DNA of 64,000 nucleotides from Amphiscolops sp. MND2022. Taxonomy: Eukaryota. The notes under the pieces were generated by a model. It was not told the DNA's origin. It did not search any database and worked only from the letters and a program-made list of their open reading frames with translations. The DNA is taken from contig OZ076420.1 of NCBI GenBank assembly GCA_964187785.1, forward strand, positions 47,988,001-48,052,000, in the 5' to 3' direction. Each line of letters opens with the position of its first letter. Within the stretch, counting starts at the first letter, position 1. Of this stretch, positions 13,316 to 27,800 are shown one piece after another. The translations under genes and the position numbers were made by a program.

Positions 13316-14250
13316 ATGGAACATGACGCACTCAGCCAATTTTTAACACAAATTGAAACTTTCTTAACAAACGAAACTATGGCAGAGAAGAATATAGTAC
13401 AAACCTCGAAACTAAAGCCACAGACGGAAATCCGGTATTTACACCGAGACAGTGGCTAAAAAGATTCAAACAATTCACAAAACGCGAACATAAAACTGAT
13501 ATCACACCCTTACTCAGAGGAGAAGAAATAACTCACTCCGGTTGGGCCGGAGAAGAACAAGCAAAACAAGAAGATTTCGTCTGGGGAGTGGGACCGGAAG
13601 CACTTTTCCAAATAACCCTAGCAGAATACAAGACAGTTCCGGACAGCATAAAAATCAAAGACCTAACCCGGTTATATACCGAATACTATTTACCGAAACG
13701 AAACACTTACCAGAACCGAGGAGATTTCTTCTGGGCGAAACAACCAGAAGAGGAAACACCGGAAGACTACTGGAGACGACTGATCGAAAATGAAAAAGAA
13801 TGCAATTTCAACACCATTTCAGCGGAAGAATTACTAATCTCCAAATATATGACTGCAAAAACCGACAAGAAACTACGGGACAACATAATGAAAGAAAATA
13901 CACTGGAATTAAAGAAGATAATCGAACTGATTAAACAGAATACATACGAGACGAAAAACAAAAAGAATACAACAGCTTTGATATCAACAAAAGAAAAACG
14001 CATAATAAACGAAGAACCAATTCTAAGAATGGAACGATTCGGAACAAGACCGAAAAATAAAATATTCGGAAACCGACCATGCAGATTTTGCAACGCACCA
14101 AATGTGTCACCGATACATAAATGTCCGGCATTAGAAGCAAATTGTAACAAATGCGGAAAGAAAGACCACTTCGTAAAATCATGTAGACAAAGAACACACA
14201 ACAACCGAACAGTGAGAAGACTAACCGAAGATGAAACTTTACATTATTAA
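13316..14250 (+). pseudogene. Ty3/Gypsy gag remnant, frameshifted and truncated, no pol
   Basis: The frame upstream of ORF 13588 reads FTPRQWLKRFKQF..EDFVWGVGPEAL. Later RGDFFWAKQ..ETPEDYWRRL and a CCHC knuckle CNKCGKKDHFVKSC. Confidence 0.75.
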
Positions 14251-15865
14251 CGTGAACTTTACATCCCATGTTTTATTTCATTTCTGAAAGAAAATAAGTC
14301 GGATGTGGCATCTGATAAAAACTCGAAAAATCCGACGAGTATACTGAAAACATTTTTCAAAACTCCGTTTTTGTTGTCTTTTCAAAGGCCTAGCCTGTTG
14401 TAGGTCTAAACTTTCATTCACGGTGAAATCTCGAAAAGTGTCTAAGTGCAATGTGTTCATTCACCGTTTTTTCGAGAGTATTTAAAAGGTAGGTTTCGGT
14501 GAATCAAACAGTTGTTTCTTTGCTCAGAACTTTATTTCAAAACTGTCAAACTATTTCATAGACAAAATTTCTGCCAAATTTGCACATGGTTCAATCGAAC
14601 ATTGACTTTTGGCAACCAAAAGTCAAATGTGACACAACCAAACAGATTATATTGCTAGTCTGAATTTTATAGATAGGTTGATCTTAATTGACAAGTATCT
14701 AAAAGTAATCAGTGGAGGAAATAAATTTATATTTATATTTTTATATTTATAAATATTGAGATGCTTTTCCAGATAGGCGATCAACATTGTCAATGAATTC
14801 ACCCTGTGGTGAAATGTTTGCTCGGAAACCCATCTGTGCTTATAGATTTCCTACCTAAAGTTCCTGTTTTGGTTTATTAAAACAGAACCTTTTCAGATGA
14901 CTCTACTCAATTATAACTTTTTTCTCCATTGTGATGAATCAGTGTTGAAAAATAAATCATTAACCCGAGTCTTCAATTTGATGGATTGGAGATTTCGCCT
15001 CAAACCGGATATTATCAGGAACTTGAAGTTTTTGGTATTTGTAAGTCTTTTTTTGGTGGGTTTTCTATTATTTTGATGTGCAATGAGTCATTATTTTTGG
15101 GTGACCTCATAACTAAGTTGACCAATTATGTAACAATTGCCTTCAAATTATCAGTAGACAGCCTGGCTATAGACCTGAGCCTTTGACAGACATTGAAAAT
15201 ACATTCAAGATACATTAATGTACATTAATGATTAAGTAAAAGAGTGAATGAATGCAGCGAAAATGATGACAGAAAGATTCATGCATCCTATTCAGATTAA
15301 GAAGCTCTATAAATGTTTGCAGTTGTCTAAGTAAGGTACCACGTTTATATACAGAAACGTAAATGCTGCTGGCTTATAACGAAAGAGTTCTTTGCAAAGA
15401 ATTCAATCTACGAACAAGTTTTATCAAATACAGCCACTCAAACTTCGTGTTACTACCAGTTTAGAAATTAAAATTACTCTTTTACCTTCATACCATCTAG
15501 TAGCTCTTGCTAAGCGTAGTTTATCATGCATTGGTTAATTACAAGTTATGATTGATAAATCTAGAGTTTAATTATTGTCCAACAAAACAAAGAATGCAGT
15601 GAAATATCAATACTCGTCAGTTTTACTTGCATCAAAGTTTCCAGCTTGCTCATCTCAAACCATAATTTCAGTCCTGAAACCAAGCGTTGCTAACGGGTAT
15701 ATCTTCAAACTCTTTCGTTGTACCTTCAAAAATCTTTTTGTTGCCTGTAAAAACATTCAAAATATTTATTTATTGATCTCTAATTTAGTTAACTTCCTCA
15801 TTTGAAACACCTGAAGAGCTGCCGTCGTTAAATCACGCAAAAGAGTGTGTGATCCACCAATAAAG

Positions 15866-18800
15866 ATGGCCGAAAACGAAGTTTCTGATAATTCGTCCCT
15901 TCAAGAGTTCTCCCCGGCTGAACATGACTTCGCGGAAATGGGGGAAAATAGTATCCTCTTCACAAATTACTTTTCTTCCAAAGCAGCCTTCAGAGATAAC
16001 ATGATGGTACCTCTGGAAAAAATGTACCAGCAAGACAAGGAATTTGTTGATTACGGTAAGTTGATGAATTTATGGCACTATTCATCATTTCCATTTATGG
16101 AAACTTAGTCACGCTGGTCAAACATGAAATTTCTAGCACTCCAATTGGCTGTCAGCATTTAAAAAAAAGATTGAAGAGTCAAGATTTCTTTAGCTGGAAC
16201 TACTTGAGATTTAAATGTTTTTGTATGTTGCCAAGCGCTTGTGGCACAATTTTTGACTTTCTGGGAGGATTTTACTTGTTTCAAAGTTTCCCTGCTATTT
16301 TTTAGTCGGCGCATTTTATCAAAATGAGCCTGACTATTACAGTGACAAGTTTTTTTTCTTTTTTTTTCGTCAGACCACAGAATGCATGCGTAGTGGACAC
16401 TTTTTACAGAACTACTAAAAGTACTGAACCGGCAAGCGGAATCACATCTGAGTTACTGCAAAGGGTCCCCCTTTCGTGTACTCAATTTTTAACGTAAGAT
16501 ACAAAACCGGACGGGACTACAGGGTCCCCCCTTTGAATTTTTTTCGGCACTGTGCGACTTTTTTTCGAATTTTCTTTTGTCGCCAAACGGTCCCTACCTT
16601 CAAGTTTTTTGATATTTTGCAGCAAACTGAAGTTTCAAAAAGCCCAAAGGGCCCCCCTCTCTAGTTTTCGGCACTGTGAGACTGTTTCAAAATTCTCATT
16701 TTTCGTTTTTTCGAAAGTTTTTCAAAAAAATTTCCGAATTTTTTATTGTCTCCTTCAATTTTTTTTGATATTTTGCAACAGACTGGATTTTCAAAAAGCT
16801 GAAAGGGTCCCCCCTTTTACAAGTTTAAAAACTTAGCGCTTTTTTGAGCCTTAGATATAGCGCCGACTTTAGACGTTCCCGTCTTGTTTAAGTTTTATAT
16901 AAGATTTTACAGTGAGATTTTTTTATATGAGATTTTTCATAGTTTCATTTTTATAGTTTCACATCAAGATTTTTGAACAATTTTCCGTGTTAAGTGAACA
17001 GCATTGAGAAATTCCAAGTCCAAGAAAAAAAATTCCAGAAAAAAAGTGTAAAATCTAAAAAAAATCAAGTTTAATTGGTATACGGCTGAACTATACATAT
17101 AACAATGTATTTACATTTCCAAAAGATTCTTTCCTTTTTCAGTATCCAAATACTGCCAAATGGTGAAGGTTTTTGCGAGTGATTTGGACAAACTGAGAAG
17201 CAAATACGAAAAGCCGACGAGCAAAAGTTCCAAGACCTTTGCGATCAGTCACGCATACGGTGCTTTCTCCAACCTCATTCAGCAACAGACAACTTTGTTC
17301 ACAGAATTTGCAGACGCTGCTTTAGAACATTGCGTCGGCCTCCAAACCAGGAATGTATAATATGCCCAGCAAAAATCACTCGCGAACATGCCCAAAAATC
17401 ACACGCGAACATGTCCAAAAATCACGCACTTATTCACGCTATTTTGAATCGAAAATCACGCTAAAATCACGGACAAGTAATTGGAGCAATGACTGAATTC
17501 AACTCAATTTTCCTGAAATTTAGCACAAAAACAACAGTTGTTTGATACTTTCTGCGTCCAACTTTGGCGGTCTGAAGTGACAATATTAAAAAAAAACTAG
17601 AATAGTTACTTTAAAACTATCATATTCCGCCAATTTTTGTTCGTCTGTGAAATCACGCCATGTCACGGAGCATTCTAATTGACTAGAAAATCTCGCTAAT
17701 TCACGCGCGTGATTTTATGCTGGCCCTAAATGTATAATATACAAAAACACGTATCTATAACATTGAAATCAAAATTATAACCTAATAATAGTCTTCAATT
17801 TTACCGGTGGGAGTATTCAACATCAACAAATTTCCATGCAATTCCTTACATAGAACCATGACATCCATGCTTTCCATGCGTTTCCATAGAACCATATGGA
17901 ATGAATCATATAACCTATAGAATCATATACAAACAGCTGACATCGTTGGTTTTTGATGGAACTAGTTTTAGATTTGATACTTTTCTCCTTTATGGCCAAA
18001 AAAATTTTGGATTAGTTTTTACTATTGGGCACCCGATTTTATTTTTCTAGGCTTTTTCAGAAACTGGGTACCGAAAATTTAGCAATTTAGTTTTGATAAT
18101 TTTAATCATGTAAAAATGTCTTGAATACATTTTGGTAAACATTCCTCCTCATTCTTGGGTTGTAATAGAGAGACTCTGAGCCAACATGGAAAAGAACTGG
18201 CCAAGGCTTCGGAGGAGGTGTCCAAAGCAGACAGAGTGTGGAACGATTCAATTGTGGCAGTCAAGGCCAAGAGAAAGGCTTGTTCTAGTGCTATGCAGGT
18301 AAGTTCGATATCCACTACTGCTAATTACATGTATGCAACATGTATGTAACATGCATGTAACATGCATGTAACATGCATGTAGTTACTTCATAAGCCAGAA
18401 ACTGAAATTTGTGGAAAAAATTTCGAAATAGTGGGTATGTATGATAGTCCAGACATGCATCATGACGATGATTATGCGGCGTGGGAAAACGGAAATCGGA
18501 CTAAAGAAATAGAACTAATGGAATTAGGACTAACATGCTCAAAATTTCTGACACGTTCATAGGAAATAGAACTAATTTCGTATTCTCTCAAACAGGAATT
18601 AGAACTAATTTTTACGGGAGTTAGAACTAATTTGTTCCGGGAATTGGAACTAAAATTTTTGGGTAACCTGAATTAGAACTAACAAACTTTAAAGTTTCTA
18701 GGGAGTGATGTCATCAGATTTCGAAATAATCGAAGGTTTGAAGAAGAGCACAAAAAACTATGTCCATGATGGCTACATATATACGAAAAACAACTCGGAT

Positions 18801-21800
18801 GCATTGAAGACAAGGCTGCGGTGTCGTGATTGGAAAGATGGATGTAAAGGCACTGCCTATATTGAGAATGGGAAATTTTTTGTCAAAAGAAAATGTCTTC
18901 ATGACAGAGATGAGAATGCTATCAACAAGCAAAAAATTGAATCAAAAATGAAAGATATGGCAGGAAAAACGTTTGCCCCTTCGAGACAAATATATGATGA
19001 AATATATACGATTACGTCGGTAAAATTGAATTTCGAATGCCAGCTGCAAGGGTGTTTCTTTCACTACGAAAAAGCATTGTGGAGAAAATGGGTGGAATTG
19101 GGTCTCTCACGAAATTCGGAAAATAGTTCAGTACAGTGGTTGAAACTACTACTGTGTCTGCCGTTCTTACCAGGAGATAGCATTGAGAATGCATTTTTTG
19201 ACCTAGCGCCAAATAAATTTTTCGGTCAAGACGTGGTACCTGAGCAAAATGAGTTTTATCAGTATATTGAGCAATATTGGTTCAATAAGATTCCACGAGA
19301 GCTACTTTCTGTCCACGGCTGTGTTCGTCGCACGAATTCTGAAGTAGAGTGCTATCACTGGGGTCTTTTAAGGAAAATACAACTTCGTCACCCAAACTTT
19401 TGGTTGTTCGTCAGGAAGCTTGAAGAAATTGCCTATTCCTATTCCGTTGAGATCGAACAGGCAAATGATGGTCAAGATACGCGGCGGAAAAGGTGCAAGT
19501 TGTCAATCACAATTGACAGGACTGTTCGCGCAAATGAAGAAAAAGAAAAAACCCAAAATATCCGAAAGTCATCGAAATACGACTGAGAAACGGGAAAAAC
19601 AAATTGAATTGGAAAAAATAAGTCGTTTAAGATCTAAAACTAAAAAGTGATATAAAATATAAAACGTGCCTCGGGTATGTCCCCATTCCTTCTAGTGCCC
19701 CGCGGCCCCTTGGGGCCGCTCATGTTCCCATCTTGCTAAGCGAGGTCGAACCGGAGCAAACGACGACGAGGGCGAGCGTGCATACACCGGATATACCTCC
19801 ACATTAGAAGGGGAAAGTACTGAAAATTTTGTGAGACATTTACGAAAGGTAAATTTTTATTCTTGAAATGATTTGAGATCTGACTATTTCATAAACTCAA
19901 TGGGAGGAAAAAATGATGATTGTATCAATTTTATGTTGATCAATTGTAATACGTTACTTTTGTACTACTTTCATGCTCCGCGTTTCCAATTTGCATTTTG
20001 TACCATGTTTTTATCCGCTTCCGCGCTTTTTTTGTTGTACTACATTTATGTTCGATGTTTATAATTGAATATGTCGTAATTTTGTCAATTTGATCTGCGT
20101 AATTGCAAATTTTTCGTGCCAAAAGTTGTTTTTAGTCCTTTTTCAATTAGTCCTATTTCCATTAGTTCTAAGGCGGCACTAAAAAAGAATTAGTCCTATT
20201 TCCATTAGTCCTATTTCAGTTTTGATCATTAGTCCTATTTCGTTAGTCCGAATTCCTGTCTCCCATGCGGCGTTTATTGGGCGTCCACCCTTTCCCTAAA
20301 GGCAAATTGTTGTTTTTATCGGGGGTTTCTATAGGTATCCTTTGTTGTTAACTCGGAATGTTTGCACAAACGGGTTTTTATGTTCAAATTTAATGTTATT
20401 CAAATTTAAGTTTTTCATATGCTGTGCCACTTTGACTGTAACCCATTGAAGTAAGCTAAGCGTAAAAATACGAGTATATATCAGCCCTACTGATAACCCA
20501 GTGTTAGAATGAAGACAAGAAATAAAATTTCTTTCCCCAATTCCTCCGGGTGGACGGTGGATATACAGTTCTGCTTTTCTAAGTCGGTGCTCTGTCTCGG
20601 ATACTAAGACAAGATATGGCGGAACTTCACGGCGTGTAGAATCCTGACATTTGCGTGTAATCGACAATAAAATTTTAGAAAGCATTGTTGATTTTTCAGC
20701 AAAAATTGCTTTTAATACCAACTTTAATCTTTCCAGTTTCTGCTCAGATATAAAGCTAATGAAATACACAGATTTCGAGAAATACTCAATGTGGAAACAT
20801 TTTTTTCCAAAAGGTTTTGTCATAAAATGTTTATGTAGATTGTGCGAAAGTTGTGGTGAAAACTGCTGTTACTTAGCAAGTATGTATGAAAAAGCACATC
20901 TAGTCTGTATGAAAAAGGACATCTAATCCGTAACATCCAGTGTTTTTTAGTCGGCGCATTTTAGTAGAAAATGTGCCCGACTCTTACAGTGGGTAGTTTT
21001 TTACTCGCGTAAGGTCCACTTTTTTGTTCATTTGTTCAGTTTGACCAAAACATACCGCAAACCTTAGAACCTCATCCAAAATTATAAAACCGACGTCCAG
21101 AACCTTGAAAACAACTAAGGATCCCCACTTTGGCTATCTGGGTGTTTTTAACTTGGATTTTTTCGGCACTATAAGACTTTTTTCGAAAATTTTTTGATGG
21201 TACCAAAGGGTCCCCTTTCATTTTTTTTGATATTTTGGAACATAATAGATGTTTGAAAATCCCAAAGGTTTCCCCCTTTCAGATTTTTTGGCACTATGAG
21301 ACTGTTCAAAATTGTCATTTTTCATCTGACATTAGGTTTTCTCAATACATATCCACCAATATTTTTTTTCAATACTATCCGAAATTTGAACGTAATATCC
21401 GGAGTAAAGCGCTATATCCGAATTTTTGACGTTATTTCCGAAGTATATTCCGTTTCACTGAGGAGGAATCGGAGGTTCGAAAACAAGTGCTCGCACTTGT
21501 CCCCCAATTTGCGTGCTCGCAGTGCAAGCGTTTTCCCAGCACGGAAGGCTTCCTTTGGGTGAAACTTTTTTGTGAGTTTTTCTTAAAAAAACGTCATGAG
21601 CATTTTTTGAAATTTTTGCACTTTTTGAGCCTTAGATATAGCGCCGACTTTGGCCGTCCTCGGCTTGTTGAAATTTACCGTGAATTTCGTCGTGAAATCA
21701 GACTAACTTTTCATGACAATTACGTGACAATTAGTTATGAAAAAGGACATCTAGCCCGTAACATACTGTGTTCTTTCAGTCGGCGCGTTTTCCTTTTAAG

Positions 21801-24800
21801 GAAAAATCCCCGACTATAGCAGTGACCTTCTATTTTTACCTCACACCTATCGGTCCACTTTTTAGAAACATTCCTGAAATCACCTAAGGCCAAGTCCGGC
21901 CAAGGCAAACTTAGTGCAAAGGGTCCCCCTTTCATTTTTAACTTTTTCAAGGTAACCTACAAAACCGGACCAGCCTAAAGGGTCCCCCTTTGGATTTTTT
22001 GGCACTGTGCGACTTTTTTCGAAGAAAAAAATTTTCAAAAATTTCAAGTTTTTTCCAAAAAATGTTTTGCGCTTTTTGAGCCTTAGATAAAGCGCCGACT
22101 TTAGACGTTTTCGTCTTTTTTCAATTTACCGTAAATTTCGTCGTCAAACCTGACTTTTCCCGCGTGAAATCCCCAAAAATTGTTTTCTGTCATCCCAGGT
22201 TAGGACCATAACCGGAATCAAAATTGGATCGTGTTTCTAGTCACCATTTGTACCGGTTTTCCAATCGAGTCAACATCAGTTTGTTCTATTTCAGGATTGT
22301 GATAAAGTGGAAGAGAAACGACCCGACACACAAACATTCAGCAAAGAGTTGTTGAAATACAAGAACAGCAAAGAGCGGACGGCACACTTCTTAGACAAAA
22401 GCATCGGAGAATATTTGAAGGCCTGCACAGGTTAAAACATCCACTTGACAAAATTTCCCTTTCCATACTACCTTTATCTGGAATAGACGGCAATTTCTAC
22501 CGTCTATTTGGTTCCGAAATCTCGAAAACATGTTTGTGTTTCGATCGATTCAAATTTCCTGAATGTCGCGGGTGTTAAAGCATAGCTGAGAACCCAGCTA
22601 ATTTTGTGTCATTGAACAATGTGGATGTTCATACTTTTAAAGACTCTACCTCCTTTTTCCTGAAACTTCTGAAACTTCCCGAGAAAATGGAAAATTCGAT
22701 TGGATGCCGAATGCGCACACTAGTCGAGATTGCTTGAACTTTTTAAATGCTGCATGGAAACATGCAGGCTAATTTTTTTTACAAAACATGGAAAATTCCG
22801 GAAGTCTGCTTGGAGAATTTTACAATGCAGCTTCCACTATTTCAATTCAAACTGAAAGAATTCCTCTTCCTCACCGTCCCTATCACTTTGTTTTCACGCT
22901 TACGTTTCTCAAATATTTCACTTGTATAATCACCGTTAGTCAAATAGAACGCTGAATATGTCGCTACTTTGAGACTTATAACGTGACTGAAGTTTTCTTG
23001 GCATTGAACTCGCGATAAAATTGATGAGGTCTCAGCTGCTTTTAAACATTCGAACGGCTACTTAACGAAACCTGCAAAACGTGGCGGCTTGGAATTGCTG
23101 CCAAGTTCAAGATGCATCTTATAGGCAGCTTGATAAAATTTAGTTGAATCAATGAAATTTTTTTGCATGGAAGTTTCCGTGAGAATTTTATAAAATCATG
23201 GAAAAAATAGCTTGGTAACCAACAAAAACCTATGAAAAGTTCAAGCAATTTCAACCAGGAGAGTAGTTCTGCGTTTCTAAGTCGGCGCCTTTTTGGGAAT
23301 CTCCCCACAGCAAGCTATGGTACCATATTTGCAGCCAAATTGTCAACCAATAAGCTCACCGTTGCACTTTTTGTTTTGCTTTTCTCCGCCAAATACGTTA
23401 TTTTTGTCATTGACCATACCACTAAGCTAGGAATGAATGACTTGCTTAAGGCCTAACAAGGGTGAGCTGAGAGAGATTCGAAATTCATACCGCCCTAGTA
23501 CAGAAAGCTCAAGCTGCTACAACATGATTACCATGTGTGCTTTTCCAACTTTTTTACTGCACCCATGAGGAATCTATGACATACTTTGTGATTTAAAATG
23601 ATTTTTCATTCCTACATCCATTTCATCAAAAATGTAATGGTGTTCTATGAAGCTAGCCATCAATTTAATGGCGAAAATGTCTGAAGTCAACGCTCAGCCT
23701 TCGGCTCAAAAAGGTAAAGCCCGCCGAATAGCCTCAGAAATAATTTGAAACTGAATTCCGAACAATCTCAGTTCGGAAAAGTTCAGAGTGATACCTCTAG
23801 TCTCGGTCAAAAGTTATTAACAATGAAACATAAAAAACTAAAGGCATCTTTGAGGAATTGAAAAATCAAAAAATGGTGCACCGTGTCAAAACAAACCAAA
23901 GTAGGGTCCTTCAGTGTCTTTGGCATAGATGGCATTAGGGCTGTAAGACAGCCGCTGACGAAAAATTAAACAATGGTCTATTCAAACTTCCAAAACACAT
24001 TTGCTGTGCTGAAAAGTCAGTATTCAAGTTAGTGAATTTACCTTTTAAAACTCTTAGACTTTTTAGTCGGAGCTTTTCTAGAGAAGAGTCGACTGTAGTC
24101 ATGGCTTTTCGTCAGTGTTTTTTAATTAATTTTTCGATACACCTGAAGTGACCTAAATAGTTTTACTCCAAAAGTTCTACAAAACTTTAAGAAGCCGCCA
24201 AATTGTATCCGTTGGCCTAAGGAACTGAACCAAAAAGGTTTCCCGCGTAAATACAATACCGGACGAGACCAAAAGGTCCCCCTTTCAGTTTTTTTGGCAT
24301 TGCGAGACTTTTCAATTTTTTTTCATAAAAGGGTCCTCAATTCACCAATAGTTTGACATTTTGAAATCCTTTTGTTATTTTTGAGCCTCAGATATGGCGC
24401 CAACTTGGGCCGGTCCCGGCTTGTTTATTATTACTTTCTCAACATTATAATACATCATTCATTTCATTTTTATAATTCATTTTGAAAAGTAAAGCAATCA
24501 AAACTGGACCCTTTGGGACTTATGGATGCTCTTCAAATTTTAGTCTAAAAATTTGCAAAAATCTTCAACCAAAATGGCTGTTGCAGAATTCGGGAAAAAC
24601 GTTCTTTAATTTTTTCTCAATAAACATCCCTTTTTAGACTCCAACAGCGCCAGAATCAAATTCGAGTTTGCCCTGGAAGAATCCCTGGGAAAGTGTCAAA
24701 GTCTGGCCTCGCAGAGAGCGAGCTTGGTTATGGGGAACTTTAACAAGTATTTGGAGCTACATGGCACTATGGCCGACAAATTTGCCAACTCGTGCAAAGA

Positions 24801-27800
24801 ACTGGAAGAGGCCGCGAGAGCTATAGACCCAGCCAAAGAAGAAGTAGCTTTTGTCAAGGCTAACACTACCAAGGGAAAACAAGTTAGGACTGAAAAAAAT
24901 TTTTTAACTCAGTCTAATTCCAAACAAGCTGGGAGCGGCATAATTCGAATAAAGCGTGCTTTTTTCGACTTTGGAATGAAACGAAACATCGCAGCAGATA
25001 AAACTCGTACCTCCGTATCCTGCCTAGTTAGACGCAATTTACTTTGGATATATCGTCAAAAATTCGGATATAGCGCAATATGTTGCTCATATCAGAAAAG
25101 GCTATTAATACAGTTCAGTCCGATGGGCCAAATGGTATATTTCAAGATTTTATTAAGGTTTTGTAAAACTTTGTAGAACTATTTTGGTCAAATTGCTAAA
25201 TTGCAAAATAGTGAACCTCATTGCACGTAAATTTAGCTTCTTTACCAAAACGAAAATGAAAGAATTGAGAAGTTTTTGTACTTTAGGAAAGTTTTTGTAC
25301 TGCTTTCATGAACTTGAAGCGTTGCTGAAACTTGTTTTATTGAGAAAAAAGGTATGAACTGAGCCCAACGGTTAAAAATATATAGTAAAAGTCATCCCCA
25401 TCAGTATGATGAATCTACAGTGTCAATGTGAATACAACGTACATGAAGAGGTCCAAAAGTTTACATCAACTTGAGATAGAGTATGAATGAAGTTTCTTTT
25501 CAAAGCTTGATCATTTCTTTGTTCACTATCGATCAAAACTGCTCAAATGCTTTTCTGCAGGTTCTGGAACCTGAACTGATCATCTTTGACTTGCCTGGGA
25601 TGCGATCAGAAGACCAGAAGAAAGATGAGACTAAGTTATACTCCATCAGACAAATGAGAAAAGAAGTGTGCTTCAGAACCATGAGTAAGTTATCCTGAGT
25701 TCTTTGGAAATATCACCGCTTTTTGTGAGTTCGAAAATTTTGTCAAATTTTGTTGAATTGTAACACCTGGTCCACGACCAGAGCTTCAGAGCTGGATTCA
25801 GGGCTATAAAAATTGGAGAATATGGCACCTCTTTTTAACAGCTACTGTGTTGTCAACCCTGGCACCCAGAAACTGCGTTTATAGTCTTTTTTGAAAAACT
25901 CAAAGTTTCGGCAATTGAAAGTTTTTCATTTGTCCGATTCCGCTGGGTAATATTATTTATTGATTTTTAGTTTGTCTTGGAACTTATTTTTGTCACCGGC
26001 CAAAAATGTCGTATCATAGAACTTCAGCTATTTCACACCGGGTTATTTTATTCACTCAATTGTACCTACTTTTTACTAGAACATTGTTAGTTGTAGTAGT
26101 TTACACCGTATATTTCTAGTCAAATCTTCACAAAATGAAACGCCACTATAATAGTGGCTTTTTCAATCCCAACGAACAAGTTCTACAGAATTTTAAGACG
26201 CCAAATTGTACCATTTGCATTAACAGTTTTTCTTTTTTTTAGCGTAACAAAACATACAAAACCAGACTAAAGAGTCCCCTTTCGATTTTTTTTCGGCACT
26301 GTGAGACTTTTTTCGAAAATTTTTTAATGTCTCCAAAAGGTCCCCCTTCATTTTGTTGATATTTTGCAACAGAATGGATGTTAAAAACCCCCAAAGGGTC
26401 TGTCTTTGGGTTTTTCGGGTACTGTGGAACAGAATATTTGACGCCTTGAAATCCTTTTTCTTTTTTTGAGCCTTTAGCGGGCTAAAGCCGACTAATGCCG
26501 TTCCCGGCTTGTTTCCAGAAACGCTGCGAGACAGAGAGTCAATAGTAGTGAAGAACCTGGACTTGGTGAGCACGATGTTGGACAAAGCGGATGCCAGTTC
26601 ACAGGGCATGCAAGAGAAGTTCACTGACAAAAAGAAGTCCTACCTGGAGTGTGTCAACCTCCTGAACGAACTAGATATCATACAGGTCAGCGAAGATGCA
26701 TGATTTATGCATGATGCAGCAAAGTCCTCCAGCATCCCTTTTTTCCATCTTTTTCCTCGATTGAATCGTTTTTCAAAAGATTCGAAAGAAAAAGGCCGAA
26801 ATTTTCATTCGTCATTTCTTCCTTCAGTCAGTTTTATTTTATTCTCTCTGTAAAGGGGCTTAACAAAAACCTTTCCCATAAATAAACTTGAAATTAGACC
26901 CTTTACAAACAAACAAACTGAATTTGCGAAAGAAGGAAATATTAAATCAAGGTGACCCCTTAGAAGATACTGTCGGGAGTATGTATGTACTCGCATATTG
27001 AATGGAAAGATACCCCTATCACTCGTTTTTTATTCAATTAGACCACCATCTTCATTGAGCACTGTTCAAATCAAACGCTCAGTGGTTATGAGAAAACTGC
27101 TTGATAATTAGATTTGGTTTTATTGGTTCTAGGACAATACACCCAAGGAGATTATGCCCAAGGACATTGCGCTCAACAATTTGAAAGATTGTTGTATGTA
27201 TAATTATTGGGCGTTATGTCCTTGGCACTTGTTTTCAAAGAGCATTTCTCTCGCTTGTATACGAAAAACTTTTGCCTGCTTTTTTTTGTATTTTCAAGTG
27301 CCTGTTTTGAACTTTTTCGTACGATTGAATTAGACTGGCAAGATTTACCCAGTTTTCGTCTGTCCTCGTGAGTATCTATCTGGCGGCCATTTCGTTCATA
27401 TATTTGTCTCTGCGGGTCATTGGGATCTTCCAAATTTTTCCTACCATTAAAAAGTGACTAAATACTTTTGTGACTGAAATCCCAAAAGAAGACTAGACCT
27501 TTGGCAAAAAAACTTCCAGTGCCAAACAAAACCAAAAGGGAAGCATTTTATCTCGTACGTAAGTGAAAATGGTATGGTAAAAAAAATTGGTCGGACGCAA
27601 GAGTCGAACTCCGTGTTTCTGCTTCAGAAGCAAACGCTGGAACCCCTAAACCTACTGGCATGTCGGCCACCCTATTATTTTTAGTCGGCGCTTTTCCATT
27701 GAGGGAAAAATGCCCGACTATAGCAGTGACTGTTTTTAGTCGGCGCCTTTTCCCTTAAGGAAAAAAGCCCGACTATTACAGTGGGTAGTTTTTTTTAGTC

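Noticed and set aside
14600-15790. Possible decayed hAT transposase (ATRW-like motif) upstream of the F-BAR gene
   Set aside because: One short motif among many stops, and no TIR or 8-bp TSD found.
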